A stretch of 64,000 nt of DNA, taken from assembly GCA_036172245.1 (NCBI GenBank), contig JAYWIR010000018.1:2418001-2482000 (forward strand), read 5' to 3'. A program made the translations under genes and the position numbers. Shown in pieces: positions 36,993 through 49,755 of the stretch. The DNA is from Raillietiella orientalis (Eukaryota). The first letter of the stretch is position 1. Every line of letters starts with the position of its first letter. The notes beneath the pieces are model-generated. The model was given only the letters and a program-made list of their open reading frames with translations. It had not been told where the DNA came from and searched no databases.

Positions 36993-39009
36993 CTAAGGGA
37001 AAAACCTCTATTGCAAGACTGGAAATGTAAAGGCATCAGTGATCCATCCTGGACCCTTAATGTTGCACCTGAGAATGTTTCTAAGGTATTGCATGCATAG
37101 CACTCACGATACTTATCTAGTGTTCATTCCGTTCTGTACTCTTTTCATGTCTCTGGGTGTGTTTTGTTTTGTTCCTTCTGTCCATCATTCAGCTGGCATT
37201 TCATGAAATAATGGCTATTCCTACAAGTGAAGATAGCACCATAGAATTTGTGTTGGTTTGAGTGCAAATAATTGATCTCAGGGCCTACACAAGAATGCTA
37301 AATTGAAAAATTTCTGTAGCATTCAAGAAGTCAAAAGAGAACGAGTAATCACGGATAGTGATGTACCCAATAGTGTTTCAATTCATTGCGCAATAACCAT
37401 GATTTGTAACTATAATATTTGCCCCTTTCCACTTTCAAGTGTGCCTTCGTGTATTACTTTACCTTCGTTTATTAATTCGTCATTGACGCTCAAAAATCCA
37501 TTTTTAGGAAGTAGTCCCAGGTTAATGCAACATGAGGTTTTTTTTCAGTGTGCGTTCCACACAGCAACGAGCATCAGTCAGTCTTCCCACTCAGGTAACG
37601 TTGCCTCCGTAGTGGTCATGAAAACTCCCTTTTCACTCTTTCGTAGCACGAGCTACCTTTCAATGCAATACTTCAAAATTTATTTATTAATTTTTTTAAA
37701 AAGTATCTCGAAAAGGTTCGCAAACAAAGTCACTTGGTTTCTCTCGGTTTTAAGCTGTGATGCTGTTCGTGGTGCACCAGCGATCAATGCTGAGTACAAA
37801 GTCATCAGAATAACGAAGATATAAATGTAAACTGATTTAACCTCTATATTCTAAATTTTAATCCATTTATAGTATTTTTTTTTTACATCTACATTTACTT
37901 CTGATTTCTATACCCTGAACACAGTAATCCTATATTAATTCACATCGTATATAAGGAGCTATTCATATTTTTTCAAGGATGGTATTTATTCTTTCTGTAG
38001 CAATAGATTGAAAAACGTAAGCAAAGAATCTGAATGAATGAACACCACCAAAGAGTTGAATTGAAATGTTCTATTCCTCTAGATCAATTACATGCTTTTA
38101 CAACTTCGCAAGAGGGCAGCGTTGCCGCGCTCATTGCTTCCTTTTTGCCTCTTAGATTATTCTAGCTTTGCTCTATCGTGAAGAGTAGAAGTCTGACCTT
38201 TGTTTGAGTGCATTCGTAGCTTCTTCTGCACTAGCAGATTACGGAATCCCACTCAAGGAACTGAAATGCTGCTAAGTAATTCTTCAAGAGAAAACAAATA
38301 CACGACAGTGTACTGTTCCGAAAAGTGAGAGCAAATAAAGTGGTCACACGTTGACAAATGCGGAATCCTTGTAACTGAAAGCACAGTGACGATTTTACAA
38401 AATATGACAAAGGGGTGGTGTTCATACTTGATGAAGCCATATTACTTCTAATTGTCAATGGACCATATGCGAAACGTTTAAAAGTCCTTGAAAGAAAGAG
38501 AAAATTTCACAGATACTTCAAACTTCCAGTTTCTATCGACAAATGTGTCAGAGGTCACTTCAATTTTTCTGGAGGCAGGGATGCCATGTCGTAGAAGATT
38601 TGTTTATTTTCTCAGAACAGCTTCTTGAGGATTCGATTTTTAAACTGTTCACCCATCGTAGTTTTCTTTTCAAAATGGAACCGAGACAATTTAACATTGG
38701 AAACTTGAAAATTTTATAATTACATGCTTATGAAAAGAACACAGGCAATATTTTTTGATCATTCATCCTGATTTCATCTCCGGCTTGTAAACAAGAGATT
38801 GCAGGCCAGAGATTTTATGGATCATTTGATTTAACTATAGATTTCCTTTTCCCTACATGGCCTTAGACCACGATAATGATAAGAGCAAAGATAAGTATAC
38901 AGAAAGGCAAGACGGTGAAAACAAAGATAACGAACCCACGAGTGATAAAATCTAACTCTTTGTATTGGTATTCGGATTTCAGTACTGTAAGTATTTGTCT
39001 GGTACTGTG

Positions 39010-39150
39010 TTTTCCGGGTTTCCTTTAGAGAGGAAATGAGGAGTGGCTCCTAAAAACTGGATGGTCCCTCCGGAGAGAATAAGGAAGAGCTTCCTTTTGG
39101 GGTTCCCTTGGGAGATAACCAGGGCGAAGGTTCCCTCCAGACGCCCTTAG
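39010..39150. repeat. Diverged fragment of the repeat block at 41050-41190 / 52830-52970
   Basis: Shares gaggagtggctcc..aaactgg.tggtccctccggagagaat.aggaagagc with both copies. Confidence 0.85.
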
Positions 39151-40235
39151 AACGGAGATTAATAAAGAAATTTCGGTGCTAAGAAGACACTGGTTTTCTA
39201 CATTACTCAGTGAATTCAATGAAAATTGTGTAAAATTTCAAAGTATGGAAACAATTTCTCCGAAATAAAAACAAATTTTCGTATTTAGATTGGAAACGGA
39301 GGGTGTTCCCGCAGAGGGGCGGGGGAAAGATACAGTATTTACCTCCAGTTTTGACAGCTTTGTCTTGCCACAGCTTGTGCGGCCCCAGAAAATATCATAT
39401 GAAGTCAAATTGAAAAATGCTCATCATTTTCATAAACTCACCTGTTAGGTTTTAGAAACAAAACGGCAACCAACGCGAAAGCTGCTGAGCGTGTGGAATG
39501 CAGGCATCAACCGAAATGAATTTCTTTCCGAAACAGAATTGCGCTGTTATCCGAAACCATCCAGAATGCCAGGGAAGGTTTCCAGAGCCTGTTTAAACAC
39601 AAACAACCAAAGCATGAAAGAAAACTGATCCTGTGGGATCGATGGGAAGTACTCGATAAAGTAAGTTTCTAAAGTAGCTTTTCTCTTGGAACTGTGCAAC
39701 TAACCTCTCACGGATACAACGGGTCAAACTGAAGCAGAGTGGTTTGTAACTGGAAGCGTTTCAAGATTGCTAAAGGTGTGTGCATGTGAACGCTAGTAGT
39801 CCCTGGTAATCCAGTATGCGTTTTGTTCTCCGACGTGTTCCAGGAGAACGGAGGATCGTTCAAAGCGTTTCATGAGTCCAAGCTCGTCTATCGCTAAAAA
39901 AAAAAAAAAACAAGTACGAAATCGATGTGTTGAGAAAGAGAAATGAACCGATGTGCAAACTTGGAGGGAGAGTACATCCTCATTTAAGTTGATGGGTACC
40001 ATTTAGATGGAAACGTCAAAGAGGTGCACGTAGCACTACAAACCGAACAAGTGAATGTGTGAAAGCAACTGCTGCTTCGGTGTTGCAGTTGCTGTTTACG
40101 CAGACAGCAAGAGATTGCTCGAAATCTCTTTGCAGAATAAATTGAGACGAGAGTTTCAACAGGAACTGTGAATGGTCAGTTAGTCCCCTAAATGCGTGCT
40201 GTTTGTCCTAAAAATCAAGGGCTGTTTGCCTGCGT

Positions 40236-40300
40236 TGGCGGCCGTATGGCTGCGTTCTCCGCACATTGCACCAAGAGTTGCGGGTTCGAATCCCACCCGG
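40236..40300 (+). mobile_element. tRNA-derived SINE-like head (Pol III A/B boxes), copy 1
   Basis: A-box-like tggcggccgtatgg and B-box ggttcgaatccc at 40283-40294. No convincing cloverleaf. Homologous to 46811-46875. Confidence 0.6.
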
Positions 40301-41421
40301 AGAAGGATCGATGCCAGAGAAATCGGTGCGTCATGGGTTTCGAGTTCCCCCCGCAAGATGATGCTGGTTGGCCCGTATTTGGGGGTGACACTGGTTAACA
40401 CCTGGTCACGCATGAAAGTTTATGTATAAAATAAACTTTTATGTCGGTGGAAGGACCTTCGATCCTGCCACGTTACTTATGGATACGAAAAGGAACCTGT
40501 CGGGATCTGGCAAGCAGGCCAGTGCCTCGGCAGCACAGAGGAAGGGGAGACAAACAAAAAGAAAAGAAAAAAATCCAAAAAGGAGAGGGGTTCGGGAAGT
40601 GATCACTGTGTGCTAGAGGGCGTCCTCTGCATCTGCTGGCAAGTCCCTGTTTTATGGTTCCCAATCTTGACGCTGTCCTCATGAAGAGGACAGCAAAATA
40701 GATGGCGTCCCTGTAGTTCTGGCCTCTGGCGTTGCTCCATGCGGCCACGATCCCGAGTAGGCAGCACAGTGGTGCTAGGATGCCGCACTGGTGGAAGACT
40801 GATATTCCCGGATGCCCCCGTTGACTGGCCGGGAATTGAAACTTGACCCATTTTCAGGAATCAAGAGTCCTTCGTGGTTCCCATCCGGTTGTGAAAATGG
40901 CGCTGCACCGTGAAGTAGCATCGAGTACCATGGAGCTTGTTGACGGATACCTCTCCAGAGTATCAAGTAGCGCGCTGCTCCCTTCGACCTTCAAGAGAAA
41001 GGGGTAGCGTCCATTCGGGGTTCTCCTCAGGGGAGGAAACAAGGAGCGGATCCTTTCCGGGTTCCCTTTGGAGAAGACATGAGGAGTGGCTCCCACAAAC
41101 TGGGTGGTCCCTCCGGAGAGAATGAGGAAGAGCATTTCCTTTCCTTTCGGGATTCCTTTGGGAGACAACCAGAGCGGAGGTTTCCTCCAGGTTCCCTTTC
41201 AAGAGGAACAGCTCCTTCCTCCGGAGCCTTCCTGGATTCATAGAGTGTCCTTGAAGGGTTGCCTCCTAACTTGAGGAGTGACACGCACCCTCGGGTAGCG
41301 TGGACAGCGTCAAAGAGTTTCGTGAGTCCCCCTTAAGGAGGCCGACAGTTCTTCGGCTCTTAGCAAACCAAAAAAATGAAAACCCGAAAAAAAAAAAAAA
41401 GGCTCGAAGGAAACAGCGAAA
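40301..41421 (-). mobile_element. Internally deleted L1/Tx1-like LINE 3' remnant
   Basis: Minus-strand RDAIYFAVLFMRTASR...MQRTPSSTQ* and the 3' UTR align with the zf-RVT-bearing copy at 46880-48250. Confidence 0.6.
40884..41421 (+). repeat. About 535-bp near-identical direct duplicate of 52662-53196
   Basis: ORF-track peptides 41027..41284 and 52805..53062 are identical, as are 41086..41274 and 52864..53052 (offset 11778). Confidence 0.97.
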
Positions 41422-41429
41422 CTCAAAGG

Positions 41430-43900
41430 ATTTTCATCATGCGGAGTACAATCAAGGACGAAGAGTGCTCGTGAGATCGGGCATTGGGCACGACATACGA
41501 GAAAAGCCCGTTGCTGCAAAAGGAGCTCTTCCATACTACGCTTTTGGTTCCAGCGTCGCGAGGATCCCTGTTAAGGACTACCCACAAATTTTTGCCTGGT
41601 CCCAATGGCAGGCCCTGAACAAATGCAAGTCACGTGCAGGGATCAGTCATGATTCTGCCTCAGTTTTTAAAAACGGGGTGTGCCACGTGTGGAGTGGGAG
41701 GACATACAGCATTTGCATGCAGTTCTATTCTTAAAAGGAAACAGGACATATCGGAAAAGGGCGTCCGAAGCCAGAAGCTCGAGTGGGGCTGTAAAGGCAG
41801 GGTAACGGTCTACTATGGTACAGCGAGGCTTCTTGAGCTTCTTAAGATGGGAGGTGCATTTCTACAAAGGAAACAATGAAAGGGAAAAAATGCAGGGAAC
41901 GATATGCATGCGAATGTGTGCAAATTGTCTGTTTCTGGCATGGCCGTGACGAAGGCCCAATCAATGATTGGGCTTTCATCTCGGAGTATGAAGGAACCTG
42001 TGTAGCAGTGCCATGGAAGCAGTCTGCTACCCACTCCGACTGTCCACCTCTTTTACATGGATTTAAGTATTTGGGAGGGACCATCATTTAGTCTTAAGGC
42101 GTCAGTAAATGAGGGTTAGGGAAGGGAGATATGGGAAAGCAGATGCCTTCCTTGAAGATCCTAACATGAATTTTCGTTTCAAGAAAACCCATTCCCATTC
42201 TTACACAACAGATGCCTTATTGTTCTCACACCATCTATGACGTTCCAACACCTTTGCATTCTGTGCTACTCTGTAAGGATGGCTGTAAGGATAGTGCGGT
42301 TACATTGCTATCCAAAATTCTCACTAAAAATTATGAGCAGTTCAAGGGAGGGATATACTTTGAATCAGAATCGGTTCCATCAAGAAATAATAATTATCTT
42401 CAGTGGTAAAAAAAAGTACTTTATGCTAACTACTGTTTACTAATATCTCTAAAATACGTAAGAATAAAAAAAAAAAATCAATGATTGATCAACTGGAAGA
42501 GAAATGCAGTATGCCCAAAGAGGCATAAACCATCATGGCGTTCGAAACGGTGTCCATGGAAATCGATTGGAGTACGTATGGAGAATAAAATTCTCACAGG
42601 GCTCAGGATTGCTGAGTGATATAAGAATAACAGCACCATGATTCCTTAAGAAAGGAAGAAAGAATCCCCTCCGAAAGAGGAGGAGTCCGTAACTCCTGAT
42701 GGTGAAAGAAAAACCCATCTCGAACCTTTCACTCTTTCATTTGAAGGCGCGCGTTGCGGGTGCAGGGCCGTCGAAGGTAGGATGTGAACACGAAAATTTG
42801 GCAATACTGGCAAGAACAAAGTTCTCCTGTGGATTTGGGGAAGCGATCTGGAGATACAGCAGACACTCGATCAAGGAGATGCATCCGATGAGAAAGCATC
42901 CTTCTGAACTATTATTCACGGAGAGAAAGCATGTGGCTGGGATGTCGGAAAAGCGAGTTGCAATGGTTAGCTGCTCATCAAACACGTGACCAGGCAGAAC
43001 GCAAACTGTTCCTCAAATACCAGGGTTCTTTTCAGAGACTAGGATAATTCGGTGTCGTGAACCTTCATGAACATTTTTACCAAAGTGCTGATGAGACTGT
43101 TGTCATGCAACGCACATCAGCTGGAGAGATCGAAAGCCATGGGAATCTCCAGGGCGAAAAAATGGCGGCGTGAAGCAGTGAACAAGTAAGTCTTCTTGTT
43201 AGGCTACATGTGACAAACATCACCTCCTTTAAAAGCAGTTGGTCTTCCGGCGAACCCTGAAATCGTTGGCGATACAGACTTCCTGTGGCTTACTTCCAGA
43301 TTATTCAAGACACTATTTGATCCCTTTTACGCCTGTGCGAAGCGGGAGAGGCGGTCTCTTCTACGGCGAGTGATGCTTCTTGAGAACGTTCTGGAATTTG
43401 GGTTGGCCACATCACGAGAGATGGAAGGAAGATGAGGGAAGATTCATCCATGAACCACAAATCTGGTGGCGCACAATTTCTCAATCAAGAAATTGAGAGC
43501 CTCGGCTGTGTCCTTTCAAGCCGGGGCCATGAACAGAGCTGCTCCCTCCCCGGACAGGTATTCGACCTAGAGTCTTGCGACAAGTGAAAGACGAGCGTCT
43601 TGCGAGGCTGAGACAGCTGAAGACAGCAGATCATCCCCGCGGGTTCTGTCCTCGCTTCGCCATCCGAGAGCCGGAAGGGTGGAACCATCTCGGGGTTTTC
43701 ATCCGGTAGAAAGGATGCCAGCTCTTCATTCCAACAAAGAGTGAAGGAGTCAGCAGAACTTGGAGGATTCAACCGGTGACCCTTCCCCTCTCCTGTTCAT
43801 TAATTCTATTTATTTTCTCTTCCTCATAACCCTTCTGTTTGTTCTGTGCCGAAGTCCTGCGGGTTGGTGTTTTGGTCGTTTCTCTTGGATCCCGACAGCA
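41430..43900 (+). mobile_element. Decayed non-LTR retrotransposon (ORF1 zinc knuckle, possible APE remnant, family 3' end)
   Basis: Perfect CCHC knuckle CATCGVGGHTAFAC at about 41680-41721. Weak APE-like remnants at about 42060-42330. Pyrimidine-rich 3' UTR with the family tgccgaag motif at about 43780-43860. Boundaries approximate. Confidence 0.5.
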
Positions 43901-44479
43901 ACGCAGAACGGATCTTCCACTTGGTGTGTGTATAATCTACAGAAACTCGTCGCACGAAAGCGTTTCCGGGGTGACAGCGATGCTAGTGAGTGCTTTACGG
44001 GAGAGCTCGATGCAGCGTGTGCTGCCACTTCCAGAGCAGTGAGATCTCTCGAAGATCTCCAAGTCCTCCGGGAGAATTTCGAGGTGATCTACCCAGCAGA
44101 GTAGTTTTTTTTTTGAGGGAGGGGTGAGGGGGGAAGATGGACGGCAAGTTGGTTGGCCAGTTGTCCATCAGCCGCTAAAGGGCCTTCGCCTCCAGGAACG
44201 ACGGAGCCGAGAGAGGATGACAAGGCAGGGGAGCCACCACCCTCTTCGCTGTCCGGTTTCTTCGGGTAGCAGCGAGGTGGAACTGCCTGCCAGGTTACCA
44301 AGAGGAGCTCACTTCCAGCATCCTGCAAAGGATATAGAAGAATCCACATAGCAAGATGTGACCTCTTCCCTGTGTCCTCAATTTAACCTGACTGCTTTCG
44401 TTTTTCTTTTCTTTTATCTTTTTTTATTCCTCTCATCCCCAAAACCCCCTCCGTGATGTTGGGAACCTCGTCGGTGCCC

Positions 44480-45660
44480 TTCAGGCGATGGTCGGACTTG
44501 GTCGGAATAGCGCGGCTGCGGGAGAGGTGGCGAGAGTCCAGCCGTGCTTCCTCAAGTCTTGTACGGAGTCATCTAAGGTGAGCATCCCGAGATGTCTTGG
44601 TGATCCAGCGCACCATGGACCGATCTCTGTGACCTTCTCCCAAGTATCCATTCTCTTCTCACTGTACAGTAGAGTTTGCAGGGAGGAAGGGGATCCCAAT
44701 GATATTGTTACTCCATCAAGATGGCTGTCTGCCGAAGGGCGTAACCTGTGTTGTGCCAGACCTTGGTGGCAGCGAGGACGCTACTCCTTCGCAGCCAGCT
44801 ACCCACCTCGAGAGCACAGCAGGAGGGAGACGTCGGCTTGCTCTGTTCTAATCGCCAGGTCTGTCTTCTAGATCGGAGCTGGAGCTTGTCATGCTCCAGT
44901 GTAGGAAATCCAGTTCCTGTATCCCGACACGTAGCCTCCAATTCCTTCGGCAAGAAAGTCAACTTCTGTGCCTCTGTGGGGTTTTCCTCAGAAGGTTCTT
45001 GGCCTGCTTTTTAGAGCAGTGGATTCTCTCCATCTTCGAATTTTTCACTCCTTCCCTCATCCCGAGTGAAGAAGGGGAAGGGGCCGAAACTGTTCACTCC
45101 CTCAAACATGACGGTCATCATCCGCAGAAGAAACAAATAGGCGGACAGTTCAAGTACGATGCTCCCATTTCCTGGAAAGGGTTCCGATCCGCTTCCACGA
45201 GACATCTCCTCCCAATTCAAATACCGGAACACTTACATCATCTGGAAGATGTCCAAGGAGTTCAATCATTGCTGTAGCGGATATTCGAAGCCATCTTCAC
45301 GTGTCGCATCTTCTCCTCACGCCGCCGGTGGACGTGCGGGTGGACGTGGAGTCTCCAAGGACAGCGTCATTTTTCGGATCCCATGCACCAGGCGGTCCGA
45401 CACTAAAAGACGTCCCACCTCTCGCTAGTTGTCTCAGCAGGGTCATCATCCTTCCCCTTCTTGTTTTTAGGCCGAGCAAACAAAGGTCAAGAGGCGGAAG
45501 AAGGGAGCCGCACGAATGTACTGCACATCGAGGTCGCCTTAAGGTGTCATGAGTAGGCGTTGCTGGTCTTGCATTGGGGCGTCCCATGCAAAACTTGCCT
45601 TTACTGCTGGATCTGGGAGAGACTGTGCCAGATGAGGCGAAAGGGAGATCCTCCTGCACC
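44480..45660 (-). mobile_element. Decayed LINE ORF2 fragment (post-RT region)
   Basis: Minus-strand LPKELEATCRDTGTGFPTL and LGMLTLDDSVQDLRK resemble the post-RT region and the family LDxxKxPRR motif. Heavily disrupted. Confidence 0.35.
45197..45378 (+). repeat. 182-bp exact direct duplicate of 46516-46697
   Basis: acgagacatctcc...gtcatttttcgga is identical in both positions and the flanks are unrelated. Confidence 0.97.
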
Positions 45661-45749
45661 TGATTCTTTACTGTGTTGCTCCCCGGACCCTATAAGAACG
45701 TTCACTGAGGACCATCCGGGTTCCCGCTAAGCTAACCTAGGGACATCGC

Positions 45750-46230
45750 AAAAGACCTGTTCGTGCGTCACGCACTGCCATCATGCCGCGCTCCTGGCAG
45801 CCCTATGCGGGATGATGGGAAGCCACGAGAAGAGGACAAATCAAAGGGACGCTATCCACTGGGAAAAAATCCTCGTGAGGGCCGCCGCAAGATGGTTCCA
45901 CCTGGGCGACAAACTCAATGAACTTGCCAACATCCCAGACAGGATGTTGAGGACTCCAGGCAGCGAACATTTGAGGATCATTTCCCCAGTCGCCTCCTTC
46001 TCTCCCTCCCGAAAAAAACGAAAAAACTCTCCCGCCCTTTTTTTTCTTTGTTTACCTTTTTTCTCCTTTGTCCGTTCCTCCTCGTTGCCGAAGGGGACCT
46101 CGTCAGTCCACGTACCGGCAACTCGACAGGTTTCATGTCTTTCTTTTTTTGTTTCTTGTAGGACGTGGTAGGACGGAAAGTTCTACCCCAAAAAATGCAA
46201 ATTTCTTATATTCATGGCAATGGATACCCC
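45750..46230 (+). mobile_element. L1/Tx1-like LINE 3' end (ORF2 C-terminus + 3' UTR)
   Basis: RDAIHWEKILVRAAARWFHLGDKLNELANIPDRMLRTP matches the C-termini at 40600-40720 (-), 47200-47330 (-) and 53570-53680 (+). Shared 3' UTR motif tgccgaag..gacctcg. Confidence 0.65.
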
Positions 46231-46419
46231 AGCGAATCTGGAAGAAAAGCATCTAGGTCACTTCCGTCATAAGGAACTTGCCGACTGGAAACAGGTCAAG
46301 AGCCGACTCTGCTCTCCGGAGGTGGCCAGACCAGACTTCTGACATGAGAGACAAGGTAATCGAAATACCTTCTTGTGGTTATCTTCAGGAGAATCCAGTA
46401 CTTCTGTCTGGCCCACATC

Positions 46420-46800
46420 ACACTAATTGGCATAGCCGAAGTCTTTGTCCGAGCTACTCACGCTGCTCGCTTCCCGACGGATCCGTTCGAAGGAGTGGGG
46501 ACTCTTCGTGCTGGAACGAGACATCTCCTCCCAATTCAAATACCGGAACACTTACATCATCTGGAAGATGTCCAAGGAGTTCAATCATTGCTGTAGCGGA
46601 TATTCGAAGCCATCTTCACGTGTCGCATCTTCTCCTCACGCCGCCGGTGGACGTGCGGGTGGACGTGGAGTCTCCAAGGACAGCGTCATTTTTCGGAGGA
46701 GGTCGTCGGCCCAGACCGACGCGCCAGCGCCGAGGGGAACAAACTCGGTACGTCTTCCAGAATTTCTCCGTGGGCCTCCGGCACCAACTGAAGAATTGGG
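46420..46800 (+). mobile_element. Degenerate APE-endonuclease-like start of a LINE ORF2
   Basis: Frameshifted TNWHSRSL / LFVL-ET-HL / GRAGGRGV / VFQNF occur in the order of the APE motifs (WNxRxL, LQETH, GV, NxYAP). Inference from motif order. Confidence 0.4.
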
Positions 46801-46810
46801 GTACCCGTGT

Positions 46811-46875
46811 TGGCGGCGTGTGTCTGCGACCTCCGCGGATGGCAGCAAACGTCGTGGGTACGAGTCCCACCGGGG
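46811..46875 (+). mobile_element. tRNA-derived SINE-like head, copy 2
   Basis: tggcggcgtgtg...ggtacgagtcccaccgg is colinear with 40236-40300, and homology continues downstream (tttcgagttccccc, cactggtt.acacc.ggtcac). Confidence 0.55.
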
Positions 46876-46879
46876 GAAG

Positions 46880-48250
46880 GATCGGCGCCGAGAACAGGAG
46901 GTTCGTCGCAAGTTTCGAGTTCCCCCACAATATGACGCCAGTTGGCCTGTAGGCTTCAAAAGCGGCACTGGTTGACACCCGGTCACATCGGGGAGTTATT
47001 TATAAAATGAACATACACATCTGTGGCAGAACGTTTGTTCCTGCCAAGTTGTGAATACGGGAAGGAACCTGCTGGGAACTGGCATGCAGATCAGCGGAAG
47101 GGGTTAGCCTCTGAAGCACAGGGGAAGGGAAGATAAACAAAAAGATAAAAAATAGAACCAAAAACATACAGTCAAAAAAGTGGGGGGTTCGGGAAGGGAT
47201 CACTGTGTGCTGGAGGGCGTTCTCTGCATCGTTGTAGGCATGCCGGCAAGTTCCTGTTTCAAGACTTTCAGATGGGGCCATCTTGACTCTGTCCTCATAA
47301 AGAGGATAGCAAAATAAATGGCGTCCCTGTCGTTCTGGTGTTGCTCCATGCAGCCACGGTCCCGCTGCTAGGGATGCGGCCGGCATGAGGGCGTCGCGCA
47401 GGAAGAGGAGCTTCAGAACGTCTCTAGGGTTGCCGCCGCGGGTTCCAAGGGTCACGGCAAAGCGTTCCCAAAGGAGTCGGAGGGCAACACGGTCCACTAG
47501 GAGGTGCGGAAGAGATTCTTGCTCTCGCACCTTGCACAGTTCGGGTCCACCTCTTTTTCCCGTATCCAGTAATGCCGGCGTCGTTGCATGGGAAGTCCCA
47601 GTGCAGCAGCATCAACGCCGACTCTTGCCACTTCAAGGGAAGGGTGCGGGTGTTCCTGTGCATTGCAGGTCTTCTTCGCCTGGAATACCTAGTACCACGT
47701 CCCAGCGCAAAAGTCCATGAGGTCGAACACTCGGGGTTGCAGCCTCAGTGGGCTGGCCCATCGTCCACTCGCCCAGTCCTTTCCTCCTTCCGGAGATTTC
47801 CAGGTGCAGGAATGATGGAAGCCGGATACCCCCGTTGCGATCGGAAGTTGGCCCTCCGGGGGTTCTTCAAGGGATCAAGGAGCCGGCTCCCTTCTGGGTT
47901 CTCCGATTGTGCAGATGGAGCCATCCCTCCCCTTGAAGGAAGACCCTCCATTGCGTACTAGGGTTGAGACCTTCCTCGGGGGTTGTCTCTCCAGGGTGTA
48001 AGAAGCGCTCTGCTCTCTTCGGGTAGCGCCCTTCAGAAAAACTGGGAAGCGCCCCTTCGGGGTTCTCTTCAGAGGAGGTGGAAACAAGGAGCGGTTCCCT
48101 TCGGAGAAGAAATAAGGAGCGATTCCCTCCAGGGAGTCCCTCCCAGGGCGAGCATTCACTTCGGGGTTCCCACCTAAGGGTTAGAGAATGTAACAAAGCC
48201 ATCCCAGTGTCACGCACTGAAAGCGCACGGTCGTTCCGTCGGGAAACCGG
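46880..48250 (-). mobile_element. L1/Tx1-like LINE 3' remnant with zf-RVT-type zinc finger
   Basis: Minus strand TLPLKWQESALMLLHWDFP...VDPNCARC-(frameshift)-EQESLPHLLVDRVALRLLWERF, a degraded CxxC...ExxxHLxxxC..LW motif. Confidence 0.7.
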
Positions 48251-49755
48251 GGGAGGAGCAGTCGGTTCGGATGCCTTTGGACATCCCCACGCCCGACACT
48301 TCCAAATACTTTGGCGTGCCCTTGAGAAACTTATTAACTGCAGAAACGTGGTTCTACTACCTTGAGGTGGTAGTAGGTTCGTCTCGACAAGACCATCCCC
48401 ATTGTGGAACGATTTTACGGCCTCCTCCCTCCTCCAGCCCTTAATTTTTACCTATGAGGTCACAGATGACCCATTTAGAGAAGCTATGCTTATCTCGAGG
48501 AGATGAGTGGTCCACCTAGAAGACCTGTGATTTCATGTAAGGATGTGAAGACGTTGGTGGAGAGAGAAGCTACAGTTGCGAAGACTGACTTGGAGCGAGA
48601 CCATGGTCTTAACACTGCTGTCTCCCTCTAGATACATTTTCTGCAGTCTTTCTCGATGGATTTGGTTGGACCACTGCAAAATGAAGGGCTGATATGAGGT
48701 TTTAAGATATATTTTCTCATCTTTTATACATGCGATCATGCTAGCCACGCATAACTCATAGAGCTCGCACAAGGCGGAACGCGTTATACAAAGGTCTACA
48801 GAACTTCGGTAGACTTTCGTATTCGACCAGAGCGTTGGAGTGTTGGACGTGCGCACGCACACAATTCTTATCTTCAGAGAGATGAGCAGCATTGAAATCC
48901 GAGAGAGATCAAGCCAAAGGAGAAATGGAATGCCAAGAGTTTAGCCTTTTTCGATGCTGGGCTGAACATATAAGACAAGATGCTGAACATATCAGACAAG
49001 AATAAGACAAGATGTTTGTTCTACTGGAAAAGTAAATTAAAGTTTTAACAAAAGTGAATCTACTTGCAGGCATCTTTCCCATAGGAGATTACGGAGTCAG
49101 TGGATGGGGTCAACATAAGTAAAATCGATACCGTCGCGCAGCTGTGTGGAGGATTCCATCGACAGTTTTCCCAAGAGGATAACCTATACTCAGCTCGTGG
49201 AATCACCCTCAAGAACAAAAAGAGATGGATGACACGAGAATGGATGAAGATTTCGAAAAAGCGATTTAAGCTTCACTCGGGAGAGGGTAACGGTAGATCA
49301 AGATCAAACACCAATCAGACAACAGCAAGTTTTTGCATAAAAAATATGAGGCTATTGTAAGAATTTCAGAGATGTTTTTGAAATCAGAAAACATTACTAA
49401 TCTCAGTTTGTAGGATTCACACAACACTCTCGTCAGAAGACGCGATTTGTCAAATACCGTCCAATGGAGATCAGTGTTCCTCCTGAATGATGACCCAAAA
49501 GAGTTAGCTAAGCCCTCGGGCGAAATGATCATCAAAATTAGGCGTATTAGTCGTGTGATTTGCCATGGAAGATGCTTGCTGGAGTCAAATGTGCTCAGCT
49601 AGTCGCAGGTCACCCGGTACAAGAGGAATTTTCTATGCCCTTCGTAAGTGTAACGCCCACAAAGAACCTACGATGCCCTTTGTATTTCTTTTTATTGTCC
49701 CCGCAGCGCCTCTGGCGGCGCTAAGAACTCCAGCCGGTCTCTCATGAAGTAGACG

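Noticed and set aside
37303..37824. 173-aa plus-strand ORF
   Set aside because: Non-ATG start, no domain and no splice context.
40236..40300. Functional tRNA gene
   Set aside because: A B-box is present, but I could not fold acceptor and anticodon stems, and it is part of a larger repeat. Treated as SINE-like.
48354..48379. let-7-like sequence tgaggtggtagtaggtt in a small hairpin
   Set aside because: A 3-nt insertion breaks the seed, the 3' half does not match let-7, and the 8-bp stem is far too short for a pre-miRNA.
48952..49014. Short direct repeats (gctgaacata..agacaaga) as a CRISPR-like array
   Set aside because: Two or three adjacent units without spacers in eukaryotic DNA, consistent with ordinary slippage duplication.
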